A DNA stretch of 55,722 nt from Leptolyngbyaceae cyanobacterium bins.59 (GTDB taxonomy: Bacteria; Cyanobacteriota; Cyanobacteriia; GCF-001939115). A model generated the notes under the pieces. It saw nothing but the letters and a program-made list of their open reading frames with translations, searched no databases and was not told the origin of the DNA. A program made the translations under genes and the position numbers. Every line of letters begins with the position of its first letter. The first letter of the stretch is position 1. The stretch lies in the NCBI GenBank assembly GCA_033763635.1, contig JANRKG010000083.1, positions 1 to 55,722 on the forward strand, given 5' to 3'. This document shows positions 1-9,180 of this stretch, piece after piece.

Positions 1-163
1 GGCGCGATTCAGCCGTTTCAGCCTGGGCGATCGGAGACGGGGTTGATTGGGACAGTTTCCCCTGCCCGAGCGCAAGGCTGGGCTGGACCGCAGCAAGCAG
101 GGTGAATCCTGCTAGACCAAGGGTGATAGAAATTTGTTTTAACGGTGAATAAGTGTGTGTCAT
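1..163 (-). CDS. 5' end of a gene running off the window edge; unknown, probably secreted protein
   Basis: ATG at 163-161 on the minus strand, open to position 1. Translation MTHTYSPLKQISITLGLAGFTLLAAVQPSLALGQGKLSQ... has a signal-peptide-like hydrophobic core. Too short to appear in the supplied ORF track. Confidence 0.35.
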   Translation of the reverse strand, partial: MTHTYSPLKQISITLGLAGFTLLAAVQPSLALGQGKLSQSTPSPIAQAETAESR

Positions 164-434
164 TGATTTTCAGTTATACCAGGGTTGATGATTCCCGTTT
201 GGAATGGATCAGGCTCAAAACAGTGAGGCTTACAGGACGGTTCCAGTTGACAGGTAAGAGGATTTTGGTATCTCTATGGTTAGGCATACCAGGGCGATCG
301 TCACGTTTCCGCAAAAAATTTTAGCCTGTTGCCTGGGGAGGGGTGGCCTCTGCCCCCATCCTACCGGAGCTTGAAAATAGGATAATAAAAGGTAAGCCCT
401 CAAATCATCTACCGGACAGTCATGAGTGCCAAGC

Positions 435-1268
435 ATGTTTAATGCAACTGAAATCCTCATCGATCAATTTGTGGAGCAACTGAAGGATGGTTACAACCGC
501 ACCTATGGCGGTTGGAAAACTGACTATCAAGACATCATTGCCTGGGCGGGTAGTATGGCCCTGGAAAATATTGCCAACAGTGACGCGCTCTACCACAATG
601 TGGAACACACGATTCTTGTGACGCTGGTGGGGCAGGAGATTTTGCGGGGGAAGCATATTCGGGAAGGAGGGGTCTCCTGTGAAGATTGGTTACATTTCAT
701 TATTTCCCTGGTGTGTCACGATATAGGGTACGTAAAAGGGGTGTGCCGTCAAGATCGGGATGGCATGTACGCGACCGGGCGGGATGGGCAGATGGTGGCG
801 CTTTCTCCCGGTTCCTCCGATGCGGGGCTGACTCCTTACCATGTCGATCGGGCCAAGCTGTTTATCGATGAACGGTTTGGAGGGCACAAGTTGATTGATG
901 CAGAACTGATCAAACAAAATATTGAACTTACCCGTTTCCCTGTGCCCTCAGTGGAGGATCATCAGGATACGGTGAACTATTGCGGCCTGCTACGAGCGTC
1001 TGATCTCATTGGGCAACTGAGTGATCCCCGCTATCTGAAAAAAATTTGCGCCCTTTTCTATGAGTTTGAAGAGACGGGGGTGAACAAGCATCTGGGCTAC
1101 CGAAATCCCTCTGATTTACGGAGAAACTATCCCAAGTTCTACTGGCAGGGGGTCTATCCCTATGTGAAGGATGCCCTCCACTATCTGTCTTTAACGCAAC
1201 AAGGAAAACAGGTCATTGCTAACCTATACTCGAACGTGTTTGTTGTGGAGCATGAAGAGTTAGCATGA
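435..1268 (+). CDS. HD-domain metal-dependent phosphohydrolase
   Basis: ORF 426-1268 (GTG); first ATG at 435. Motifs YHNVEHT and LVCHDIGY form an H...HD signature. Its stop overlaps the next start (ATGA at 1265-1268). Confidence 0.8.
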   Translation: MFNATEILIDQFVEQLKDGYNRTYGGWKTDYQDIIAWAGSMALENIANSDALYHNVEHTILVTLVGQEILRGKHIREGGVSCEDWLHFIISLVCHDIGYVKGVCRQDRDGMYATGRDGQMVALSPGSSDAGLTPYHVDRAKLFIDERFGGHKLIDAELIKQNIELTRFPVPSVEDHQDTVNYCGLLRASDLIGQLSDPRYLKKICALFYEFEETGVNKHLGYRNPSDLRRNYPKFYWQGVYPYVKDALHYLSLTQQGKQVIANLYSNVFVVEHEELA

Positions 1269-2428
1269 ACTCGGTTTTCTCCCCCGTCCAGCAAGTTTTG
1301 ATTACCTGGCTGTTGGTTTTGCTCACAGGTTGGGCGACTTTAAACTTTTTGGGCTTTTTTGGAGAATTAATCAGCATTCTGGTAACAGCGGCCTTGATTG
1401 CGTTTTTGCTGAACTACCCTGTAGTGCGGTTGCAACGGTTTCTCCCCCGATCGATGGCAGCGTTATTGGTGTATCTCTTTGCCGCGCTGGCAGTGGGGGT
1501 GGTGGGGCTGACGGTCGCCCCGACTGCGATCGTGCAGGCCCGTCAACTGGTCTTGAATTTGCCAAACTTGCTGGAGTCCGGGCGGGATCAATTGGAAGCC
1601 TTTCAAGCCTGGAGCCAGGCCCGCAACCTCCCTTTTGATGTGGTGTTGCTGCAACAACAATTATTAGCCCAGGCGCGGGATCAGGCTCAGGCGATTGCGA
1701 AACCCCTCCTGAGTGGAATTGCCAGTCAGGGGGTTGGGTTAGTGGTGGGAACGTTTAATGGGGTGTTGGACCTGGTATTAATCCTGGTTATTTCGTTTTA
1801 TATGTTGCTGGATGGGGAACGGGTCTGGCGAAATTTGACCAGCTTATTTTCACCAGAAATTGGAGATCAGTTAACGGGTGCCCTGGAACGGAATTTGCGG
1901 CAGTTTTTTGCGGGTCAACTCCTTTTAGGGTTATTTATGGGAGTCACCCTCTCTCTATCGTTCTGGTGGTTGCGAGTGCCCTTCTTCCTGATCTTTGCTG
2001 CGTTTATTGGGGCAATGGAAGTCATCCCTTTTATTGGGGCGACGTTAGGGATCGCGGCTGTTGGGATTCTCGTCACCTTTATTGACTGGTGGCTGGCATT
2101 ACAGGTGTTGGGAACGGCGATCGTTGTTCAGCAAATTAAGGATAACTTCCTGGCTCCCCGAATTCTTGGTAACCTGACAGGTCTCAGCCCTGTGATTATT
2201 TTTGCGTCCCTTTTGATTGGAACTAAGATCGGGGGATTGCTGGGGGCGATTTTGGCAATTCCGCTAACAGGGGTAGTTAAGGGCATTACAGAAATTGTGC
2301 TGGACCCAACTTTGCCTCCTCAGACGGGAGGGGCGTTTTTCTCCAATCCCCTGGAACAGGGGGATGGGCTGGTAGTGGAGAATGGGGCTTCAGAATCGAA
2401 ATCGGTTTCGTCTGATAAATTGTTGTAA
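1265..2428 (+). CDS. AI-2E family transporter (PerM/UPF0118-type permease)
   Basis: 387 aa with multiple TM helices. The conserved C-terminal region (AFIGAMEVIPFIGATLG ... LSPVIIFASLLIG) is typical of the family. ATGA overlap with the upstream HD gene suggests an operon. Confidence 0.85.
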   Translation: MNSVFSPVQQVLITWLLVLLTGWATLNFLGFFGELISILVTAALIAFLLNYPVVRLQRFLPRSMAALLVYLFAALAVGVVGLTVAPTAIVQARQLVLNLPNLLESGRDQLEAFQAWSQARNLPFDVVLLQQQLLAQARDQAQAIAKPLLSGIASQGVGLVVGTFNGVLDLVLILVISFYMLLDGERVWRNLTSLFSPEIGDQLTGALERNLRQFFAGQLLLGLFMGVTLSLSFWWLRVPFFLIFAAFIGAMEVIPFIGATLGIAAVGILVTFIDWWLALQVLGTAIVVQQIKDNFLAPRILGNLTGLSPVIIFASLLIGTKIGGLLGAILAIPLTGVVKGITEIVLDPTLPPQTGGAFFSNPLEQGDGLVVENGASESKSVSSDKLL

Positions 2429-2482
2429 TGAGATGGGAATTGTTTTATCCCACCCCTCCCATGACCGTCATCACGACATTTT

Positions 2483-3622
2483 TTGAATCCTATGAATTGG
2501 TGGCAACGGCTGAAAAAAAATCCCCTGGCTCAATTGGGGGCAATTCTCCTGATCCTCTTTTACGTCACGGTGCTGGCAGCGGATTTGGTCGCCCCCTATG
2601 ATCCCTACGAATCCCAGTTGGATGGTGCATTGTTGCCCCCAACCCAGATCTATTGGACCAATCAAAATGGACAGTTCATTGGTCCCCATGTATATCCGAC
2701 CACTCAGGGTCCGGTGAGTTTGGAGACGGGCGATCGGCAATTGCTCGTCGATCGTACCCAACCTTCGCCGCTGCGTCTGTTTGTCGGTGGCTCACCGTAT
2801 CGCGTCTTTCAGATCAAACTACCCCTGCCAACTCAGTTGTCACCCCTCAAGATTGAAGATGTGGAGTTGTTTGGCGGTATTCCTGCAAATCTGCACCTCT
2901 TTGGCACGACAGGTCCGGGTAAGTTCAATGTGTTGGGAACAGATGAGCAAGCGCGTGACCAGTTCAGCCGTCTGCTGCATGGGGGCCGCATTAGCTTATT
3001 CATCGGGCTCGTTGGGGTTTCCATCACCTTTCCCCTGGGAATGCTGGTTGGTGGCATTTCCGGTTACTTTGGGGGGTGGATTGATAGCGTGTTGATGCGG
3101 ATTGTGGAAGTGTTGATGACCATTCCCGGAATTTACTTGCTGGTGGCTCTGGCAGCGGTGTTGCCCCCCGGCCTTAGTAGCGCCCAGCGATTTTTACTGA
3201 TTGTGTTTATCACGTCTTTTATCAGTTGGGCTGGACTCGCAAGGGTCATTCGAGGACAGGTGCTGTCCATTAAGGAACGGGAATTTGTTCAGGCGGCACG
3301 GGCAATGGGAGGTCGTCCCTTCTACACAATCCTGCGTCATGTGCTTCCCCAAACGTCTACCTATGTCATCATTTCAGCGACGCTGGCAATTCCCAGTTTT
3401 ATTGTCGCAGAGTCAGTTCTCAGCTTAATTGGGCTGGGAATTCAGCAACCTGATCCCTCCTGGGGAAACATGCTGTCTATCGCAACAAATGCATCCATTC
3501 TTGTGTTGCAACCCTGGTTAATTTGGCCCCCTGCTACGTTGATTGTGCTGACGGTACTGGCCTTTAACCTGCTGGGAGATGGGTTGCGGGATGCCCTTGA
3601 TCCACGCAGTTTGCAACGTTAG
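2483..3622 (+). CDS. ABC transporter permease, peptide/nickel (DppC/OppC-type)
   Basis: 379 aa. EAA-loop region REFVQAARAMGGRPFYTILRHVLP and C-terminal LAFNLLGDGLRDALDPR are typical of OppC/DppC permeases. No cognate OppB/D/F is present in the window. Confidence 0.85.
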   Translation: MNPMNWWQRLKKNPLAQLGAILLILFYVTVLAADLVAPYDPYESQLDGALLPPTQIYWTNQNGQFIGPHVYPTTQGPVSLETGDRQLLVDRTQPSPLRLFVGGSPYRVFQIKLPLPTQLSPLKIEDVELFGGIPANLHLFGTTGPGKFNVLGTDEQARDQFSRLLHGGRISLFIGLVGVSITFPLGMLVGGISGYFGGWIDSVLMRIVEVLMTIPGIYLLVALAAVLPPGLSSAQRFLLIVFITSFISWAGLARVIRGQVLSIKEREFVQAARAMGGRPFYTILRHVLPQTSTYVIISATLAIPSFIVAESVLSLIGLGIQQPDPSWGNMLSIATNASILVLQPWLIWPPATLIVLTVLAFNLLGDGLRDALDPRSLQR

Positions 3623-3629
3623 GAGAAGG

Positions 3630-3683
3630 TGGGTTTTGACTGTGTGCTCAACCCGCCAAGTCCGGTGACTGGTCCTTTATCAA
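3630..3683. repeat. Copy E of a 3'-intergenic repeat family; deletion derivative of copy D
   Basis: gggttttgactgtgtgctcaaccc-gccaagtccggtgactggtcctttatcaa aligns with 29904-29980 (gggtttcgactttgctcaacc...gccaaagcccggtgactggtactttattaa) but lacks about 25 nt carrying the second hairpin arm. It lies between two convergent stop codons (3622 and 3736). Confidence 0.6.
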
Positions 3684-3735
3684 GTTGCAAATTCCTAAGT
3701 AACCTGAGCACCGTCGAAATCTAATTCATTTTCAA

Positions 3736-4479
3736 CTACAACACAGTCATCACTTGTAAAAGTTCCCTGGATAGATCGACTTGATTAGGCTTGCGTTGTT
3801 TGAATAACACCCCTGCCAGGAAATAGATATTGGGTGAAAAGAAGGCTTTCCGTTGCTGTTGCAGGGTGGCGATCGTATTTCTCACCTTGGGTTCACAACT
3901 GTAATACCCAAACTTAAGGGGAGAAACCATAAAATCCACTACCTGATATCCCTGAGTTAGGGCATAGTCGATCGTCTCGACGGGATTGGAGTAAGCCGAA
4001 ATCATCAGCAAAACAGCCGGATATTCCATTGCCAACAGTTGCATCGTAATTGTTGCCCCGTCACTGCCTCCATGCAGGGAAGGCATATACAGATCGTCGT
4101 CTGGAGCAGGTAAATAGGGTGGGTTGGCGATCAAATAATCCGCATCCGCAAGGGCATGTTGGAAGAAACACCGATTATGAACTGTGTATTGATGGGTCAA
4201 CTGATATTCTTCAATACGGGATTGGGCAACTTTGCAAGCTGCGGGGTTTAGTTCATAGCCATGAATCAATCCGGCAAAGTTTGTTTTTAGCAAACCACTA
4301 ATCACAGGACTACCATCCCCAGCCCCAAATTCTACCACCCGATCGCCTTGAGTGCAGGAATTTAGCACCATCTTTTCTAAACATTGAGAATAAAATTGGG
4401 ATTCTTCTGGACAAAAAAAGACTTCGTTGGGTGAGGAAGGTTGCACCGCAACGGTTGACGTTAATAATGTTTCTTTCAT
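3736..4479 (-). CDS. Class I SAM-dependent methyltransferase, PrmC/HemK-like with NPPY motif
   Basis: Motif I VVEFGAGDGSP, motif IV IANPPYLP, and LHGGSDG resembling the PrmC xGGxDG segment. 247 aa. Confidence 0.75.
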   Translation of the reverse strand: MKETLLTSTVAVQPSSPNEVFFCPEESQFYSQCLEKMVLNSCTQGDRVVEFGAGDGSPVISGLLKTNFAGLIHGYELNPAACKVAQSRIEEYQLTHQYTVHNRCFFQHALADADYLIANPPYLPAPDDDLYMPSLHGGSDGATITMQLLAMEYPAVLLMISAYSNPVETIDYALTQGYQVVDFMVSPLKFGYYSCEPKVRNTIATLQQQRKAFFSPNIYFLAGVLFKQRKPNQVDLSRELLQVMTVL

Positions 4480-4493
4480 AGTAAGGAGTGAGT

Positions 4494-4566
4494 AAAGGGG
4501 TAATGGGTAATGGGTGATGGGTTGCGATGACTTATTCCCGATGATCCATTACCCATGCCCCTTTTC
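4494..4566. repeat. Heptamer tandem array (GGGTAAT x about 3.4) forming an imperfect hairpin with the 3' end of the upstream gene; G-quadruplex motif
   Basis: 4497-4521 reads GGGG-TAAT-GGG-TAAT-GGG-TGAT-GGG. 4547-4566 (ccattacccatgcccctttt) is its near-complement. It sits between the HDO stop (4549) and the methyltransferase start (4479). Confidence 0.7.
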
Positions 4567-5664
4567 TGCTTGCTTGACTGCCTGAATGACCGCATCTCCG
4601 GCCCGATCGCCCATCAATTTTTCCTGGTCATATCCCAATACCAATTCCCAGGCAAACTGGGGGTACATCTTTGCCAGGGGCAGGGCGGCTTCGTGCAACA
4701 TCCATTGTCCATGCCGTTCGTCTTCTCGGATGTGCAGTTCCCAATATCCCATTGCCAGGTCAGACAATCCCAATCGTTTTGCTGCCAGCAAGTAATCGGT
4801 ATAAAAAGTTGGGCCTGCAATTTCAAAATAGGTCAGGCCACCGTTGTAGCGCAGGAAATAACGTTTACATTCCGTGAGTAAGAAGTTGTGATTAATGGTT
4901 GCTAATACTTCCCAGGGGGCGAGGTGGAAATAGCCTTCTGGAGACGTATCCAGGCTCAATTCTGCCATCATTTTGGCGAAGAAAGTTGAGTGCTTCCGGG
5001 GAAGACGACCGTTCCCATACTCTTCCAACAACACCCGAATTAAGGTTGCCTGGACCTCGTTACTGGCCCCTCCTAAAATTCGCGAGAGACGACTCGCTTC
5101 TACCAGCCCATCCAGGGAGGCGATCGCCAGCAGATGACGATATCCCTCTACGGACATCTCTTCCCGCAGGTAGCGTTTATTGTTCGTGATGGGTGGGTTC
5201 AAATCCGCTTCGCACCGTTCCATCAGGGCTTGTTGCACATCTAACTTTTGTAAGTGAGCAACATCCAGTTGAGCCAGTTCCCAGGCTTGCCAGGGAGATT
5301 CAATCACATTACGAAGCTGCTGCAAATAAAACGATCGCTCATTTTCATAGCTCTGCAAATCGTCATACCAGAAGAGATTTAACCGATTGATGCGATAAAG
5401 AATTCGTTGCAGGAAGAGATGAGCCTCACTGATTGTACCCAGAGAAGCACCTGACGGATAGGCAGCCTGGATCGCCGCCGCGATCGTTGCTTCAAACTGG
5501 GTAGCCTCCTCTGGTTGGGAACGAACCCAGTGATCCAAGTCAGGAATTGCTAAAAAATTAATGAATTGAAGTTCCGCTGCATGGTAGTCAGGGGAGGCTA
5601 CGGGAGAAGGAAGATCTCGCAATGCCCCGCTCGTGACCCGATCGGAACTGACTGCTACAGCCAT
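4549..5664 (-). CDS. Heme-oxygenase-like iron-containing redox enzyme family protein (HDO-type)
   Basis: 371 aa. LLEEYGNGRLPRKHSTFFAKMM and IREDERHGQWM resemble the E...H / ExxH ligand helices of heme-oxygenase-like diiron enzymes. All-helical character. Confidence 0.7.
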   Translation of the reverse strand: MAVAVSSDRVTSGALRDLPSPVASPDYHAAELQFINFLAIPDLDHWVRSQPEEATQFEATIAAAIQAAYPSGASLGTISEAHLFLQRILYRINRLNLFWYDDLQSYENERSFYLQQLRNVIESPWQAWELAQLDVAHLQKLDVQQALMERCEADLNPPITNNKRYLREEMSVEGYRHLLAIASLDGLVEASRLSRILGGASNEVQATLIRVLLEEYGNGRLPRKHSTFFAKMMAELSLDTSPEGYFHLAPWEVLATINHNFLLTECKRYFLRYNGGLTYFEIAGPTFYTDYLLAAKRLGLSDLAMGYWELHIREDERHGQWMLHEAALPLAKMYPQFAWELVLGYDQEKLMGDRAGDAVIQAVKQAEKGHG

Positions 5665-5901
5665 AGGAAAGTTGCCTAATTACAGTTGAATTAAATGGAA
5701 GTTAGATGAGAAAGACATTAAGAATTGTATTTTCTCTTCAATACAACCATAAACAAGCAATGCCCCCTGATCCGTCCATCCATAGATAGAATGCTGGGGT
5801 GGAAATGGGAGGAAAGAGGCAGAGGGCAGAAGGGGATATTGAGTAGACGGATTGGGGTGCAGGATACCCTGAATAGGAACTGCTGGATCACGGTTCGGGT
5901 G

Positions 5902-7467
5902 CTAGCGGACGCTCACAAATCTTTCGCGGGCGATCGATCGCAGTTGTTCCACGTCTTCCCGTCGGGATACGGAGAGGGGAATGGTGCTCTTGATCTCCTG
6001 TAACAGCAGAGCCGTGTCCAGAGGCTTATTCAAGTAAAGGGTATGGTAAAGAGCGGTGACGATCGCTTGTTGAATTTCTGCCCCACTAAACCCGTCTGTA
6101 GCGGCAATCAGGGCAGGCATATCAAAATTTTGTGGCGATTGTTTGTGATAGGTCAGGTGAATGCGGAGAATGGCACCCCGTTCCTGGACATCGGGTAAAT
6201 CAACATAAAAAATTTCGTCAAACCGCCCTTTCCGCAGTAATTCGGGGGGAACTTGGGAAATGTTATTCGCAGTTGCTACCACAAAGACTTCCTCTGCCTT
6301 TTCCTGCATCCAGGTCAGAAACGACCCAAATAAACGACGGCTTAACCCTCCGTCTCCATCACCGTTGTTACTATTTCCAAGACTCTTTTCAATCTCATCT
6401 ATCCACAAAACAGTGGGAGCCATCGACTCCGCCAGGGTAATCGCCTGTCGAAAGTTCTTTTCCGATTCCCCCACAAACTTGTCATACAATCTGCCCGCAT
6501 CCAATCGTAACAGCGGTAACTTCCATTCCTGGGCGATCGCCTTTGCTGCCAGGGATTTCCCGCAACCCTGAATTCCCACAATCAGAATGCCTCGTGGTGG
6601 ATGCAGGTTCAGCGATCGGGCCTGGGTGCTGAATCCAACTTTGGCGCGTGCCAGCCAGCGTTTCAGTCCAGTAAATCCTCCCAATTCCAGTCCGACTTGC
6701 TCTGGAGGTAAACACTCCAGCACCCCGCCTTCTCGAATAATCTGGGCCTTGCGGTCTAGAATGGGTTGAATGTCACTGACCGTTAACTTGCCATCTTCCA
6801 AGGCTGCATAGGCAATGACCTGACGGGCTTGCTTTAAGGTCATCCCACGGAGGGACTGCACCAGAGTCTGGGTTTCGTGGGGTTGCAGTTGCACCTGAAT
6901 GCGGTTTTTGGTGGTTAACGATCGCACCACCTCAGAGACGGCCTGTTGCAATTCATCCCGCCCAGGAAGTTTTAAGTCGAAATACACGGCATCATGGACA
7001 ACTTCGGAGGGCAGGGTGATGCTATCGCCACTTAAAACGAGCGCTGAGACTTTCTTAGAAAAGATCTGGGCAACTTCCCGCAATTGACGAGCCACCAGGG
7101 GGTCATTCAGGTGTTTTGCAAAATCCTTGAGTAAGAACACGGCCTTAATCGGCAAGTCCTGGATATACTGAAGCACTTGCAGTGGTTCCAGAGTATTGTC
7201 CAGGGTGGCAGGTTTGGGGGGGGTGCATTCATCGACCCAACGGTTATCAGTAGCCGATCGCACTAAGCCCTGCGTAATGCTCCACTCAAAGAGGGAGATT
7301 TTCATCTCTTGCACCACTGTCTGAAGAAGTGTCTGGACCCGTTCTTCTTCAACGGTTTCAATCACAATAATGGGATGGAAAGAAAGGAGCAGGGTTTGAA
7401 GTTCGTGGACACGCTCAGCGAAACTCATGCGATCGGGGGTAGATAGGTTGTTCCTAGCATGCGTCAT
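5902..7467 (-). CDS. AAA+ ATPase with one active C-terminal module and a P-loop-less N-terminal domain
   Basis: Walker A GIQGCGKSLAAK, Walker B VLWIDEIEK, and second region of homology/arginine finger RKGRFDEIFYV. The N-terminal 250 aa or so has no GxxxxGK[ST]. Confidence 0.8.
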   Translation of the reverse strand: MTHARNNLSTPDRMSFAERVHELQTLLLSFHPIIVIETVEEERVQTLLQTVVQEMKISLFEWSITQGLVRSATDNRWVDECTPPKPATLDNTLEPLQVLQYIQDLPIKAVFLLKDFAKHLNDPLVARQLREVAQIFSKKVSALVLSGDSITLPSEVVHDAVYFDLKLPGRDELQQAVSEVVRSLTTKNRIQVQLQPHETQTLVQSLRGMTLKQARQVIAYAALEDGKLTVSDIQPILDRKAQIIREGGVLECLPPEQVGLELGGFTGLKRWLARAKVGFSTQARSLNLHPPRGILIVGIQGCGKSLAAKAIAQEWKLPLLRLDAGRLYDKFVGESEKNFRQAITLAESMAPTVLWIDEIEKSLGNSNNGDGDGGLSRRLFGSFLTWMQEKAEEVFVVATANNISQVPPELLRKGRFDEIFYVDLPDVQERGAILRIHLTYHKQSPQNFDMPALIAATDGFSGAEIQQAIVTALYHTLYLNKPLDTALLLQEIKSTIPLSVSRREDVEQLRSIARERFVSVR

Positions 7468-7661
7468 GAAAATCTTGGATTTTAGATCTCTTTAAATAAA
7501 TTCTGGTTTGAGAGCACGTCGCAAAAACTCTTCAAGCTGAAAGGTTTGATTGTAAGGAATCAGTTTTCATTGACCATCAAGAAGCTGCTTTTGCTTTCAG
7601 TATAGTAGATGAGGATCTTTGAAATCCTCGATCGCGTTCATCCTTTTGCCCCACTAAAACC

Positions 7662-8870
7662 GTGCCATTTTCTTCTTACCAATCCTTCTGGTCCCTTGAC
7701 CCCAGGGTGACATTTTTGAATCATGGAGCCTTTGGAGCCTGTCCTCGCCCTGTGTTAGAAGCCCAGCAACGATGGCGCGATCGGTTAGAAGCCCAACCCC
7801 TCAAGTTCCTGGGGCGCGAGATTGAGGAGTTATTGGATACAGCGCGATCGGACCTGGCGGCGTTTGTGGGGGCGGAGTCCGGGGAATTGGCCTTTATTCC
7901 TAATGCAACGACTGGGGTGAATGCGGTGTTGCGGTCTCTGATGCCGCAGTGGGGAATCGGGGATGAGCTATTAACGACAAACCATGAATACAATGCCTGT
8001 CGCAATGCTCTGAATTATGTGGCTCAAACTTCTGGAGCAACGATCGTTGTTGCAGAAGTGCCTTTTCCCATCACAGATCCCGAACAAATGCTAGAAGCAG
8101 TGTTGGCAAAGGTTTCAGAAAGAACTCGGCTTGTCCTCGTGGATCACATTTCCAGTCAGACGGCTTTGATCTTTCCGATCGCATCACTTACGAAAGCACT
8201 GAGAACACAAGGGATTGAAGTTCTGATCGATGGTGCCCATGCACCGGGAATGATCCCTCTGAACCTGACTGAATTGGGGGCAACCTACTACACAGGGAAT
8301 TGCCACAAATGGCTATGCGCTCCCAAGGGAGCCGCATTTTTGTATGTGCAACGCGATCGTCAGGCACAAATTCGACCCCTGACGATTAGTCACGGGGCTA
8401 ATGATCCAAGGAAGCATCGAAGTCGCTTTCACCTGGAATTTGATTGGATGGGAACGGGGGACCCAAGCGCTTATCTCTGTGTCCCTGAAGCGATTCGATT
8501 TATGGGATCTTTATTGCCGGGGGGCTGGCCTGAGTTAATGGCAACCAATCGAAACCTGGCTCTGGCGGCTCGACAGGTTCTCTGTGAAGGGTTGGCAGTG
8601 CCTCCCCCCAGTCCCGATGAAATGGCCGGGGCGATGGTGAGTATTCCCTTGGCGAACTCTCTGCCAGAGGATTTGTACGATCGTCTGGTTCATGAATTCC
8701 AAATAGAAGTGCCCGTTATTCCCTGGCACCCTCCCCTGCGGCGACTGATTCGGGTTTCTGCCCAGGTGTATAACCTTTTGGAACAGTACACCTATCTAAC
8801 AACGGCTCTGAAACACCTGTCAGTGGGCAATAACTTTACTCCTGAAAAGATAATAAAAAACCTTCAGTGA
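7662..8870 (+). CDS. Class V PLP-dependent aminotransferase (isopenicillin-N-epimerase / cysteine-desulfurase-like)
   Basis: 402 aa with a GTG start. Contains LVDHISSQTA, DGAHAPG, and GNCHKWLCAPKG carrying the PLP-lysine HK motif. Confidence 0.8.
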   Translation: MPFSSYQSFWSLDPRVTFLNHGAFGACPRPVLEAQQRWRDRLEAQPLKFLGREIEELLDTARSDLAAFVGAESGELAFIPNATTGVNAVLRSLMPQWGIGDELLTTNHEYNACRNALNYVAQTSGATIVVAEVPFPITDPEQMLEAVLAKVSERTRLVLVDHISSQTALIFPIASLTKALRTQGIEVLIDGAHAPGMIPLNLTELGATYYTGNCHKWLCAPKGAAFLYVQRDRQAQIRPLTISHGANDPRKHRSRFHLEFDWMGTGDPSAYLCVPEAIRFMGSLLPGGWPELMATNRNLALAARQVLCEGLAVPPPSPDEMAGAMVSIPLANSLPEDLYDRLVHEFQIEVPVIPWHPPLRRLIRVSAQVYNLLEQYTYLTTALKHLSVGNNFTPEKIIKNLQ

Positions 8871-8895
8871 TAGCACTGAAGGTTTGATTTGTTCC
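8859..8895 (+). terminator. Rho-independent terminator of the aminotransferase gene
   Basis: Perfect 11-bp stem aaccttcagtg / cactgaaggtt (8859-8869 / 8874-8884) with loop atag, followed by the T-rich tail tgatttgttcc. The stop codon lies inside the stem. Confidence 0.7.
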
Positions 8896-9180
8896 TTTGA
8901 TTTGATACCAAAAATTTACCATTGTTACTCAAAAGCCTTTGCACTCTGAGTCACATCATTAAACTTGCTTCATAATTGGTGTACGCCTTTTCGATCTGCT
9001 CTCGCAGTTCCCAAACCCTTAGACGATACGGTGAAAGCCCACAAGCGTAGGCTGTAGAATGTCCATACTTCCCCAGGAAGGAAAGAAATTGTTGCATCTC
9101 CCGTTATCGAAAATTTTGTGAAGACGAGTATCGTGGTACGGAACCCTTTCTTTAGAAAATCACTGTGCTGTTTTGGGTAA

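Noticed and set aside
230-656. 76-aa and 78-aa minus-strand ORFs near the window start
   Set aside because: One overlaps the HD-domain gene start and the other lies in the divergent promoter region. Neither has motifs or a plausible ribosome-binding context.
5185-5215. GGTTCAAATCC, a tRNA T-loop-like string
   Set aside because: The flanking bases cannot form a T-stem (gtggg vs ccgct), no acceptor or anticodon arms can be built, and it lies inside the HDO coding sequence.
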